The notes under the pieces are model-generated. The model saw nothing but the letters and a program-made list of their open reading frames with translations, did not search any database and had not been told where the DNA came from. The translations under genes were made by a program, and so were the position numbers. This document shows, piece after piece, positions 13,501 to 26,932 of a DNA stretch of 64,000 nucleotides. Location: positions 24,366,001 through 24,430,000 of the forward strand of contig CM120642.1 in assembly GCA_051362555.1 (NCBI GenBank), given 5' to 3'. This stretch comes from Lingula anatina. Taxonomy: Eukaryota; Animalia; Brachiopoda. The stretch's first letter is position 1. The number at the start of each line of letters is the position of its first letter.

Positions 13501-16500
13501 AGAGTTGTTAAGTTTGGATTTACCAGCAAAGAGTTGAAGAGAAATATTGTGATATGATGTGATGATATTATGGAGGAAGCATTTTAAATATTATCCTTTA
13601 AGACGGGTGTAGAAGGGCAAATAGGGACGCATCAAGATTTTGAATTTATAATAACAAAAATGAAGAAATTTATACAATTTTTTGGTTTGCCAGGTTTTTT
13701 CTTCTTGTATATGTACTGATATGCAGGGGTGTTTATCAATTACTTTACATAATGTAAAATCTACATTTTGATGCAAAGAATGAGGGAGATGCCAAGAAAG
13801 ACTGCTCTAAGCATACTTGAAAGTAAACATGAGATTCAATAAGAAACAAATCACCAAACAAACCTATACGCATAATAAGGGAAACTATATATGTGTCTAT
13901 GTTGTACTTGAAATTCAGGTAGCATGTTTACATATAGCTAATTAACCAGTTAGTAGCATATAGATATACCAACAATGAAATTGTTGACATCACTCAATAC
14001 TATTTGCACAATTTCACTGAAATAAATGACTTGTCACTGGCAGGGTAAGAGTGGATAAACGGGGGATTTCTGAATTGCCCTTATGGTTTTAGTAGGTAGA
14101 TTTTGATAAGGAAAATAATGTTTATATTTGTTTACAATGTTTGAGAGCAGATTATATGTCTATAGTATATGTTTGCGCATTTCACAGCCTAAGGTTATAA
14201 GAGCAGGTATTAAATCTGTTTATGATTGTTAGCTTCTAAGCTATGGTCATACAAGTACACTAAGTTGAAATAGTGAAAATCTGAATTGCATTGATATAAA
14301 AGTCCTGTAATAAAGGCCCATTATATAAGCACCCTAGTTATTCATATCATTATAAAGCATGTGCCATGCACTTCAGATGTTTCATTTAGTTGAAATGGTG
14401 AAGACTTGAGCATTTTTGTCTCTCTGAATAAGAACTTGTTTATTTTTTACTAGTACGAGCCTACTGTATATTTAATCATATTAGAAAAGCATGGAGGGAG
14501 TTCTTATTAATATTAATTGTTTGATTAATTGATTAATGGGTTTCCTCCAAAATCTTATAGAGACTTAAGTAAGACTTTTTCTGACCTATCCTGGAAATTT
14601 TATCAAATTCTGCCATGACTTTTAAAGTTATAAGGTGTTTAGTAACAAATCAACAAACCAACAAAAATGAAAACCTAACATCCGTGACAGAGGTAATTAT
14701 ATTATTATGTTTCTCATAGCAACATGATAAAAATGCACTGTTCACTGTTTGCTCCATGGTGAGCAATTAGGAACATGATTAAAAAGAAAACCCACATAAA
14801 GGGAAAAAATGATTAACTAAAATTAAAACCAAAGTATTAATATCCCCTTTCCATTTGTACCAGTGCAATCAATCCCTAAGGTAATTTCCTATGCGGGAAT
14901 ACTTAGTCTAGTATACTTGTATACGTGTCTGTGAAAATGGAAATTCAGTCAGCTGTGAACATTTGGTGACCCCCTCAATATTAAACTTAATCAGGTTTCA
15001 ATAATTGAGATACCATTAGATGCAGTCATTAGGATGGAGATGAGCAGACTAATTTTACCCTCATAGCTTGTGAATATGGAGGTATCCAAACCTCTATGGA
15101 TTTATTTCTGTATAGTCAGTCTATTAGTTCTTGTTTATCATTAATTGGTACATAAACTCTGATTAAGTATATTTTATTTATAAGCAGCAATTTTACTTTT
15201 TAACCTTATATAGTATAAAATGGCAGATGGATTTAATTTTATTGCGTTAATATTAGTAAACTTTTTACCAATTTGATTATAGATTTGGAGACCATACTTT
15301 AAATCAAATCCAAGCATCATATCCTGACTCATTTTGAGGTTAAAGTGATTTATGATACAGAAATTTGGCTGAAATATGATTTCTGTAAAGACAACATTTC
15401 ATTGATTTTTGTTATGATAAATCTAAATCAATACACCTACATATTCTTGCTTTAAACAACTTGCCTTAAAAGCCTGTATTTTATTTGAAGAAATGCATAA
15501 CATATTGATCCTGGAATTGTCTAAAATGAAAACTAATCAGCATTAATGGGAAGTTGTACAGTTATGGAAGTAATTGGGGATAAAATGAAGTCAGTGTCTG
15601 TGTTTGAACTTCCATCACAAGGCATGACTGTCTGTATTTGATGATCAAATACGGCAGGTTGATCCACCAGACAGTGATTCACAGATGTTTGTATAGTTCT
15701 GGGGTGACATCAATACTCTTTGTTCTCTTGGAGTTTGGATGAGGCTTGAGTGCCGTCTTTGTTCTTAACTTAGTTTTTTTTTATCATGATATTAATCACT
15801 AAATTATAACAGTTTGAATTTGCATTGACATCATGTCAAGTGCCTCATCTGGAATCGAAGCTTTATCCTGGATTTTGGACTCATTTTGCAATTATTATCT
15901 TTGCATCCTTTTGATCTTTAAATTGATTTATATTATGATACAATGTTAAATCTTTTTGATTAATATTTCACATGCATTTAAAGCATTGTCATAAATATTA
16001 AATGAAAGAAGTTCTTTGTAAAAAGTTATGCTGAAGGCCTGTCACCATTGCAGATGGGTCGACTTTATTCAGTACCTCCTAAAGGCTTATTTCCAGTAGA
16101 GAAAGGTTGACCTAACTTAGTGCCACTTTTAAGACCAGTGTTTCTCTGGTGGAGAAAGATAGCCCTAAGTACTTGTACTCTCTGCAAGTGGTCTGATAAT
16201 GATTTTATCCACAGAACACCAATCTATACCTATAGCTAGGGATTTCCCTCAGTGATGATAATGATAATGTTGATTCAGTCAGTGAAATAGAAGAAGATAG
16301 AAAGCCATAAAAAGAAAAACATTTTTGTGGTCTAGATCTTGTAATTGGCAACATGACAGTAGTATCTATATGGGTAGATCTATTTTGTAACATCATATGA
16401 ACAATAAAATTACGTAATTACATAACTCTTGTAAACAACGGGAGTCTGTCCTAAGTAATGCATGAAATAGTCACAAATGCATAAAGCTGGCAAATATGAG

Positions 16501-19500
16501 ATCTTTCAAAAAATTTACTCAAAGCACAATATGAAGCATCTTAATATGTTTTTATGTTCTATTTTTTATCCCTTCAGGTAACTAATTTGTCTGACTTATT
16601 CAAAGATGACAGTGTGTTCCTGGCCTATGGACCAGAGCGATACTCCATGGATGACTTTGACCTGGATGACAATGGTAAGTGATCGTGTTTCAGAATCTAA
16701 CTTATGATTACAGACAGATATGAAGGCCGAGGCCCTTTTCAGATTTGGGGGTAGGGAGAGGGGCACAGTTTTGGTGACTCTTTCTTAAGTAACAGCCAAG
16801 GTATTAATTTGTCAGAAATCTCTCAAACTTAACTGCAGTTTGAAAGCGAAAAGATTCTTACATATGTTGATATACGTAGTACCAATAAAGCACCAATAAA
16901 GCATCTACTCACTTACAGAGGGCATGATCAACCTCAATATTAATTGCTGGATTATAATTTACAAGAATTCACAGAAAAAAATTTTTTAATCCCAGTAAGG
17001 TAATAAATGAAGTAGATGAATTGCTTATAGCCTGCCAACAAAGATACAATAGATCTGTTTAAAGAACAGTGCGATATCCTAGTTGCGTGTGATTAACAAA
17101 GCATGGATCAATAACCATTTCTCTGCCACTGACTGAAATACAGACAGGTTGAATCATGCAAGCTCTGTGAAGTCTCCAGACACAATATCACTTCAGATAG
17201 GAGAAAATTAGCCTGTGCTTCTCAGAACAATGTAATTGAGCATTGTTTTTGTTTTTTTTAAATCTCACATTTAGCTTTGGAGTTGTTTTTGGTATGAATT
17301 GATAGAAAATGTAGTGTGGGTAATGGGCTGCTTTTATACCAACAACAATATGTTCATTGTTTCTTTTATTTTAATTTAATCTTTATTCTGAAAAATAATT
17401 ATGTGTAATAAAGCTTATAGAGTCAATTGTTGATGATTCAGAAGTTCTCAAAAGAAATGGCTCTTGTCAGAAAGCTTGCTTTTGCCAATAACTTAAGATG
17501 ATATAACTTTAAAAAAAAAAAGGTGTTCATTATTAGGGATTGAAAATCAGACTTAACACACCTGAAAAAGAGAAGAATATGGATCACTAAATGTTTCAGC
17601 AGCTGCCAGTCAGCTAAGCTGTTGAAAAGATTAAATGGCTTACAAAGAAAAAACAGCCCAGTATAGACTGAAACTAAATTCATAATAATGGTGTGTGTGA
17701 TTGATGAGTGCTTAATTAATTCATCTCAGTGAATTAATCATCGTACAGGGATCAACATTTAGTCATTGAACTGGCTTCTCTGTTTTCATCAAATTATTGC
17801 AATCCGTGATTGCTTCGGCAAAAGCAAATGAACAAACAATTAAACAAAAAGGAGAATACAATGATTATGAATAATTTAAAGAAGGAAAATTTGATGTGTG
17901 CATACATTTTGAATTATCTGGTGTGTATATATCAGAGATGGAGAAAAGTGCAAGGATTTTAAGATTTTTATGTTCTTACTTTCAGGATATAATGTCAGAA
18001 AATATAATCAAGATGTTGATTTCTTGTAGGTGAAGTACAATTCTTCCTGCAATCCACATATATTACTTTTGAATAACGTCAAAGTGATGCTAAGACACTA
18101 TGGTGATGAAAATAACATTGTTTACTTAGTGATTAGTTTCTGAACTGATTTTTGATAGCTAAACATCTCCATATAATCACATGATATTCATATTTCAACA
18201 TGTAAATTTTGCCTTTGTCAAAGCAACATTTTTTTAAATTTTAATGAAAAATTGTGCATTTACTGTCGCATATTTCCCAAAACCTGTTTTGCGTATTACT
18301 CAGCAGCATAAATTCGAGAATGAAAAAATCAATATTGGTCCTGCACTTAGCTAGGGAAGTGTTTTGTGCAGCCAATTATGCAGCAGCTTCTTTACCATAA
18401 TGTAATGACTCGACAGATAATGCTGTCGGCACAAATATCACCATGATGTTTTGCCAAGACATGTATGTCTGCCAATCTCTGGCAGAATTTTCCAATAATA
18501 AATCTCGGAATGGATAATAGAAGATTGTGAATTAAATGTGAACTTTGTTAACTTGAATCATTTATGAGTAACTGACTGTAGGCCTTTCATTTGTTTTAGT
18601 CAGTTGGCATAGAATTCAGTGATATTTTTGAATACCATAATCAATTTTTATCAAAGAAATGGCAATATTTCAGATACGCTGATGGTTTTTCATTCTGTAG
18701 CAGGTGATTTTGACATTCAGGTTTACTCCTACATCACAAAATGAATAACACACTCTCTTGGGCTGACATAAAACAGTGGCTTTTTGGATTGGGTAATAGA
18801 AAATAACAAATCTAATGGGACTGAACTTTGTTGACTGACAGCCAATTTGATCATAGCATATATATTACTGATGCCAGCTCCTATTATTTCTGCAAGTTTT
18901 CTCATATGTAGACTGTGGGCTAAATTTATAGTGAATGAATACATGAATACATATTTATTGTTAATGGTGCTTAATATTGTTGTATCAGGGGTGTTTTAAT
19001 TATTTTAAATTATAAATAATAATTATAATAGTTTATTGAGTTGTAAATAATACTGCCAGAATGCCAGCTTTCTATATACGGTAACAAAGTACTGTAATGT
19101 AATAATGACATAGATGTTAACAAAAAGAAAAACATTCAGAGACAAAGTGACATTTAACTGTATTACTGTTACATAGATTGCCTTCTTTAATGTGACAGTC
19201 GGTGATTGGAGTTGTTGGGTCTTTTTGTAATGACTATTTGGATGGATTTCTTCTGGGTATAACTCTTGTAGTCTATGATCTTTGCAGATTGTGGAAGATT
19301 TAATGATTGAGTGAAGTGTACTTGGTTTCATATTGCAGTACATCAAGATATCAGTTGTCATGGTAACTGACTTAAACATGTGAGAACTGTTTGATTGAGT
19401 GTTCCTTCAAGTTGCATTAAATATACTTATGGAATATTGCTTTTTTGATGTTGGCAAAGTTATTTCTTTTTCTAATCTTAAAAAAGTTTTTAAAATTGAT

Positions 19501-22500
19501 TTTGGATAATTTGGTATAATTGAAATTCAAAATTTAGTTTGTGTTCAGTTTTTAGATTACATGCATATATTTGTATGGAAGTCATATGTTGTAATATGAA
19601 AATTTGGATACACAAAGGATGACAGTTTGTGTCTTTTTTCTTTGATTTTCTCTAAACCAAAAATCCCTACAGAGACTATTATAACAAAACAAACTGATAA
19701 TAGTGCAGTAACCAGAAAGGCTGAAAATTGTTCACATGCAGTGGTACAAATCAATGATAGAAATATTCTGTTCCTTTACATACATTTTACCCACTTGATT
19801 CCGTGTGACCTTACCTATTGTTACTGTGATGTTAACAAACAGTTCTATTACAATTGTCACTCCCTAATCCCATCAACCAGTAACAAAATTAGTCCCATTG
19901 CCTGCTGCTTAACTTTCCCAACACAATACACCACACTATGTTCAGCTAACTTGACATCTGTTCTTTTGTTGGACCCTCAGCTAGGCTTACCATCTGTGCT
20001 CAACTGAGAGAATTATTTCCCTGATGATTCTTTAACCACTTAATAAAGACTGTTCGCAGCAGTGACTGTTCTTAAAAATTGATTTTAGACTAGGGGTGCT
20101 GTTTCATAATCTAAAATTTTTGGGCTAAAATCAGAAAGCTGACTGTGCAAAGTCTACACTATATTATTTATATAAGAGCTCCAGAAATGATTGACCACTA
20201 ACAAATGTATTTGCCATACCTAAATTTTGAGGTATTAAGTGTCAGGGTAAAAATATTTTTTGGACCAAGAAGACGTCTTTTAACCAAATAAACTACATGT
20301 ATATATGGAAAGAGTGTCCAATACTTTTGTTTTCATATTTTTGTCTTAAGTAGGCAGCCTAACATGAAAGTTTATAAACATATTGTATTCAAGGGTGAGT
20401 CTGGTATTTGGTCATATGGGGCTCAAGACCGGTTTTGAGTGGTTCGAATTGTGCCTCATGTGAACAAACCCATAGAGATTTTCTCTACAGTGTCACATCA
20501 TGATTTGTAAGGTTAATTCATATAATAATTGGATGTAACAAGACTAGAAACTTATTTACCGCTGATTGTAATAGGATATGCAGTTGGATTCATTCTATAG
20601 AAAACAACTTGACTGCCAGAATACTTAATGAGAATATAAGTCGTTTTTTACTGATTTTTCATTGATTTTTATTAAATTGGATGCCTAGGTCTTAACACTA
20701 CATTAAATGATAAATATTTCATTAGTACAAGTTTTTTTTTCTGTGCACGAAAAAATATGAATATTGATTTTGTCTCAGTTTTAAAGACCATTCTTTGTCT
20801 ATTATGTTTGGTATGTAAATGTGGTAATGATATAAATGATTATATACCATTGTAACAAAATATCACATTTGATTATTTTGTGTTTATTCAGAATGAGATA
20901 CTGAATTTGGTGGGATTTTTTATTATTATTCTTTGGAATGATGTACAAGAAAACAAACTGAAAAAGAATATATGAATGATCCCATAGCCTGAAATGTGTT
21001 AATTTGTATTTTGTCTGTAAAGAGATACAGGGGGTCCTTAAAGCAGACTGAAGGCAAATCTTTTTTGATGAAGAAGTCAGGTAAAAAAACTAGTTATGGC
21101 CCCATTGATTATCTTGAAGTTTTATTTTTCTACAGAGGTGAAGTTTGTAAGTGCCTATCGGTCAGTGAGGCAGAAGGAACGTGTGACCTTGAGGTCACCA
21201 AGGACACCTCGAAGGTCACTGTCATCATCATCAGGAAAGGTTAATGAAGGTAAATTTAAGTAAGATGTTTAATCAAGATTATAATGTGATAAATCCTGAT
21301 AGCACAGTTTTATTTTGATTTAATTTAACAGAAAATAGTTCTGTGTTTCAGGCAACTTGCAATTAATTCTGAACTAGTCTTTTGACCACTGTTAAAATGA
21401 ATATGAATTTTAAAAAGATGCAAAACAATAACATCTGAAAGACATTAAAAACATTTTGTTAAATTATTCAACTGACTCTCTCTCTCTCTCTCTCTCTCTC
21501 TTAGTTAACCACAAAAGTGGTGAATACTTTTGGTGTATTGGAACTTTTCTGTTTTTCTTTGATTCTTACCCTCAGTCTCATTTGTAATGTACTCTTAAAT
21601 GTTTCAGCTGGTCTTCGTTACACCCTCCGTTCTAGTCCCGCTGGCTCTCCAGTCATGCAGCGGAAACAGAAGCCACCTGTACCAGTGAGTAATTTTTTTC
21701 AAATGTCATGCCCAATGCAAATGCGTTTTGCACAGTTACAAGGACATATTTAAGTAGCACCCTGAGTTTCAAAGAAGACCAGGAACTTACCTCTCCTCTA
21801 TCAGTATGTCACTGCCGTTTCCAGGGACTCATTTTGATACTGGAGATGGCAGCGGCATGCAGAGAGAAGAGAGGAGTTTCCAGTGCCCTCTGAAACTCAG
21901 GGTGACTTAGAGATTGTGTTGTTTGAAATTTCATTTACTGTCCACATCATTTGACCACCTCTCTTATATCTCTCGCTTTATTAGTTGTAAGTTTTATATG
22001 GGGAAAATGATAATGAAATGTAAGTTTCTTTTTAAGTGTAAAAATATTTAATAAGCCTTAACAAAAACAATAATTATTTTATTTTGCTGGTAAAAAAATA
22101 GGAAACAAATATACTTGCTTGGCATATTTACTTTCTTGGTGCCTTCACACATAACTAAAATTACAATAAAAAACAATAGTCTTGAAATTTAAGTTAATAG
22201 TGATGTCATACAGTATAAACTGAATAAAAATATAGAGAAGAATATGGGGTAAACATATGGCAATCAGTATGAAAAAAAATATTCTAATTCTTTAGATAAG
22301 TTGAATTGAATTCATCTTCAGTTTAATATTTATATTTTTACTTTCTAGGCCAAGCCATCCTTGAAGACAAATGGAATAAATGGAGGTAAATTATACAGCT
22401 GGAAATATTAATGGAAATGGTCAATATTTGAATCAACAGCTGCAGGGAAATGTTTTTTGAAATATTGAATTTGGTTGTAGATTAACATGGGATATTGGAT

Positions 22501-24071
22501 TCATTCCAACATATCTAGTATATTCTTCAGTCTCAGAAATATGATAAATGACTTTGTTAAGCCTCAATTAATAGGAACATTATTGAACATAGAACATTTC
22601 AGCTGGGAATTGAAATATATTATAGTTTTTTTTTCTTTGGAAATTGCTGTTGTTTGTCCTCTTTTAATTGTGCCTAATATTTTAACTTTTTATCACATTG
22701 ATATATACCGAATGTGCATGGTAATTTTTAAGGTGGGAAGTCTGCAGAAATCAGTGGTATTTGTATGTATTGCACTGTGATGGCACCCTTACTTTCAGAG
22801 ATACTCATCTGGTTCTCTTCTCTATCATCATCAAACTGATGAAAATTTTAGAGGGTGATAGCTGATGTTTGCTTAATCCATCATCAATTTAGTCTATGCA
22901 CTGGTTGTAAGTCTGATGTGGAATTCTTGCAAATTTTGATCTCCAGGGAATGACCATGAAATTGTCCAGTTCTTGTCTTTAATGAAGTCACCTTTTGCAC
23001 ATGTACAAAATATGTCTAGATTACTCTGAGTGAATGACTGGATAATAGTTATGCATCTCCTGGCCGAACATGAGATATGAAGTATTATTGACAATCAATA
23101 TGCGTTGGTGTAAAAATGCTCTCTATCCTGCAGGACAAAATGGCATCCCAGAGGAGTTGCTGGAAAAATACAGAATTGGTAACGTTATTGGCGAGGGAAA
23201 TTTTGCAGTTGTCAAAGAGTGCACAGAGAAGTGAGTGTAGATTTTAAAGCTACAGATCCTAATTTTCATTTCTATAGCAAAAATATCAAGGATAATTTTA
23301 GTTTAGCCCTTAAATCACTTTTATTTAATTAACAATTCAGGACACTTTATTCAAAATAGAAAATGATTCATCACGTGAAGTAATATGAATTATATCACGA
23401 AGTTAATGATCTCCAGGTTTTCACCATTTTTAGCCATCTATTCTTTGTTTTAGGTACAACAAGAGGGAATATGCTTTGAAAATCATCAGCAAGAACAAGG
23501 TGAAGGCCAAGGTAGGTCAAAAGTATATTGACACGACTTTTTTTTCATTTTTGGGAAGGATGATTGGCAAAAACCCCATAATTGACTGGTTTTAGCCTGG
23601 TCCTATTTTAGCCTAGTCCTTCATGTTCTGATTTATTTGAAAAATCTGTATTTCCTGCAGGTAAAAATAGAAACAAAGAACAGATTCGAAAGTGTATATA
23701 TCAACATTCAGTATTTTATTTTTCAAATTTTTAGGATTGTGATCAACATGAGAACAAAATCTCCATTTTGTCCAATGTATTCTGAGCACTTCATATTATA
23801 GTTTAAACATGATGATTTCATTGCCATTGTATTGGTCTTTTCTCTTTTGGTTTGTTTGCGCAATACTGTTTTTCATGGAGTCACTGATGTGAGTCATTCA
23901 TTTAGCTGGGTCGATTTTACCCTTGAGGTATAATATTTCATATCTGCTGCAGTACTTAATCCCTAATTCTTGCGGTTTCAAATATCCCACATCATTGATA
24001 ACTGTGTATAAAAAGTAGCTCATTCTCTTAAATTGATGTGTCTTACGTACTTTTTAAAAAATGCACATACT

Positions 24072-24108
<37 letters not shown>

Positions 24109-26900
24109 ATGCATGCATGCGTTATAAATTAGCCATAAATGTTCTTTACTAGGTTTTTATTTTTGGGATATTAATATTATCATGGAACTAATTTGATGTT
24201 TTTATGGAGACTAGTAACATTATATTATTTGGGAGGGGGGTCACTGCTCTCTTCACTTTAGGCTACTATAATATATCTGATGAAGGTGTTTTAATGTTAG
24301 ACACTAAAATACTGGAGTGGTAATAGTTCTGAGTTTAGCAGTAGAAAGGAATTTTACATAGAATAGCTAATGTTAGAGTGCTCTATCATATCCATCATCT
24401 GTGTAATTTACTCTCTGGTGGTTAATCTAATGTGAAATTCTTGCAAATTTCTCCAGGGAATGTCCATGATATTGTCCAGTTCCTGTCTTAATGCTCTTTA
24501 GACCATGGGGATTATAATTTAGTACAAGATGAAAAGAAAGTAACTGAGCAGCTTTTCGGCATTTTGTAACATTTAACATACCTGTCCATTTAACATAATT
24601 ATGTTATCATGGCAAGGTTTCAAATAGGTTTTCATGTGCTGATATGATCAGTTAGGCAAATGATGTATACAGGATGCTGTCTGAAACTTATATCAGTCTA
24701 TTCATGACATTATGCAATATTTTTTATTGTGTAAACATACTTAAATCGACTTTACTGGCAGAGCTCCTTGTGATTGATTTGCAAAAACAAAAAAAAAAAA
24801 AAAACATTTTCAGAGCAGCAAAGTGTATATATCAGAAAGACGATTGGATTTCTCATTTCAGTAATGAAATCTCATTTAATTAGCCCCATCATGAGGTTGT
24901 AATATTGCTTTATGGGAAGGGGCTTAAAGTAATGAGTTCTTTCATTTCTTACAATGGAAATTGTTGTGTCTCTCAGTATCTGTTTTCTTTGATCATGATT
25001 CTCACTTGTTTAATATGATAGTTATTAAAATTTTTCTTTTTTTTTTTCAAATATTTTTTAACTATTTCACTTTTTCAAGACTTGCCACTTTAAGACACTT
25101 GTAGCAGTTAACTTACAGACAAAAGGCCACATATTAACTTAACAAAACTTTGAAATCGGTATTTTTAAGTATTACTTACAAAACATTTTTTTATTTTTGA
25201 AAAATGATTAATTTATGTCGCAGGAATTTATTGAGTAATTACCGTAGGATTTTTTTCATCACCCTCTGAGGTCATTGTATTGATCGGAATAAAAATGAAT
25301 AATGTGGGACAATCCATTTGATGAACATAGCTGCCCTAGCATAGCTTTCTACTTGGTAGGAATTCTAAAGTGAGCTCCAAGAGCACAGAGCTCCATTGAG
25401 GAAAAAGACAATATTTTCTTTTTTATATTAGGTGGCCAAGATTCACTTGAAACTGTTATCACTTGTTTTCTTTCCTGAATAAATCATTTCTCTCTGAAAA
25501 TGTCATCAAATTTGTGTAGAAGTGTTTTGGATATCTTCTCAGGAAAAATAAATTGGCAAACCAATAACAATGAAAGCAACCTTCTTTGATGGCAGAGGCA
25601 CAATCATGCAATTAAGTAACAGAGAAATGTCTTTACTTCTAACTTGATTAGTTTCCTTCATGCCTGTAATAGTTGTTTTTATGAGGTCCTAAAACACTGC
25701 AGGAAATTATCAGTCTTCTTTTATTAATAGCCCTGTGTTATACAATAGATTAATGAGCATGGCCTTTAAAGAAATCAAGAAATTGGTTGAAAGGGGGAAT
25801 ACGCAGCTGCAATAAATTATTCTGAATATAAATGTTAAATGTCAAAGGCAAAAACATCAGTGCTGATGCATTGTAATAATGGTATTTTATCTTGCCATAT
25901 GTAGCAGCAGGCTATCTTTAACTGATGCATGGATGCCACTTAGTATATACATGTTCATAATAAATACAATATTAAGGCCATTGAGTAAATTTTCATTCTT
26001 CTTCAATTATAATCAGGCCTTATACATGAAATACTTATTTGTGATCTTGGGTTTGTGACAGTGAATGCCAAATTAACAAATCAAGCCATGATTTAAAAGC
26101 ACAAACATAAAAATATGAGGCCTGTAATGAACTTAATGTTATGTCTCACAGTTCTTCTGAGCGCCTGTCATGTTTACTGTCCTCACAATGGTTAATCCGA
26201 TCGTTTTCAGAAACAAACCAATTGTTACAATGATGGTGTTAGTTTGTCTTGGCATGCAGCAGATGCAAACATATATACACATACATTTTCTGAATGTCTA
26301 GATGAACCAAAATATTTTATTTCTGAAAAGTACTGTTTGATGCCAATCATATCATGGCATTCTTTTGGGGCATTTATTTTTTTGACATGGATTTATGTTA
26401 GTAGAAATACTGTATGAATAATGCTTTCAATCCTGACTATATATACAAATTATTGGAATATTTAAGATTTAAAATTCTGCTATTCCCCAAGCTTTTGATT
26501 TGTTTATAGTTAACCAATACTATTACTGATCATTTTTGCTCATATAAAGTTTTTTGTTTTCCAGAAACAAATGATTGACAGCGAGGTGTCCATTCTGAGA
26601 ATTGTGAAGCACCCAAACATCATTCAGCTGCTGGAGGAATATAGCACAGACAGAGAACTTTACCTGGTCATGGAACTAGTCAGGGTAGGCACAAATAAAG
26701 GAACTAGTCATGTTGTGCCTGCTTGTCTATGTGTCAGACCCTGTCTTCGTGCTCGTGTGATTGCGTGAGTGTTCTTGTACATGTATGTGAGCATATGAGT
26801 GAATTTGTGCATGCATGTTCGATTGCCTATGTTTACTCGGGTTATCCATATGAGTGAACTATTAATGCAGGTGTGACTAAATTTGTAGCCGTATATTACA

Positions 26901-26932
<32 letters not shown>

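Noticed and set aside
16054-16310. Exon-like pieces in DCLK intron 1 ([17 protein letters not shown]; [24 protein letters not shown])
   Set aside because: They would interrupt the second DCX domain, have weak sites and reach stops quickly. Not supportable without RNA data.
20399-20460. tRNA-like A-box/B-box words (tggtatttgg...ggttcgaatt)
   Set aside because: I could not fold a cloverleaf. At most a decayed tRNA-derived SINE head, so it is not called as a tRNA.
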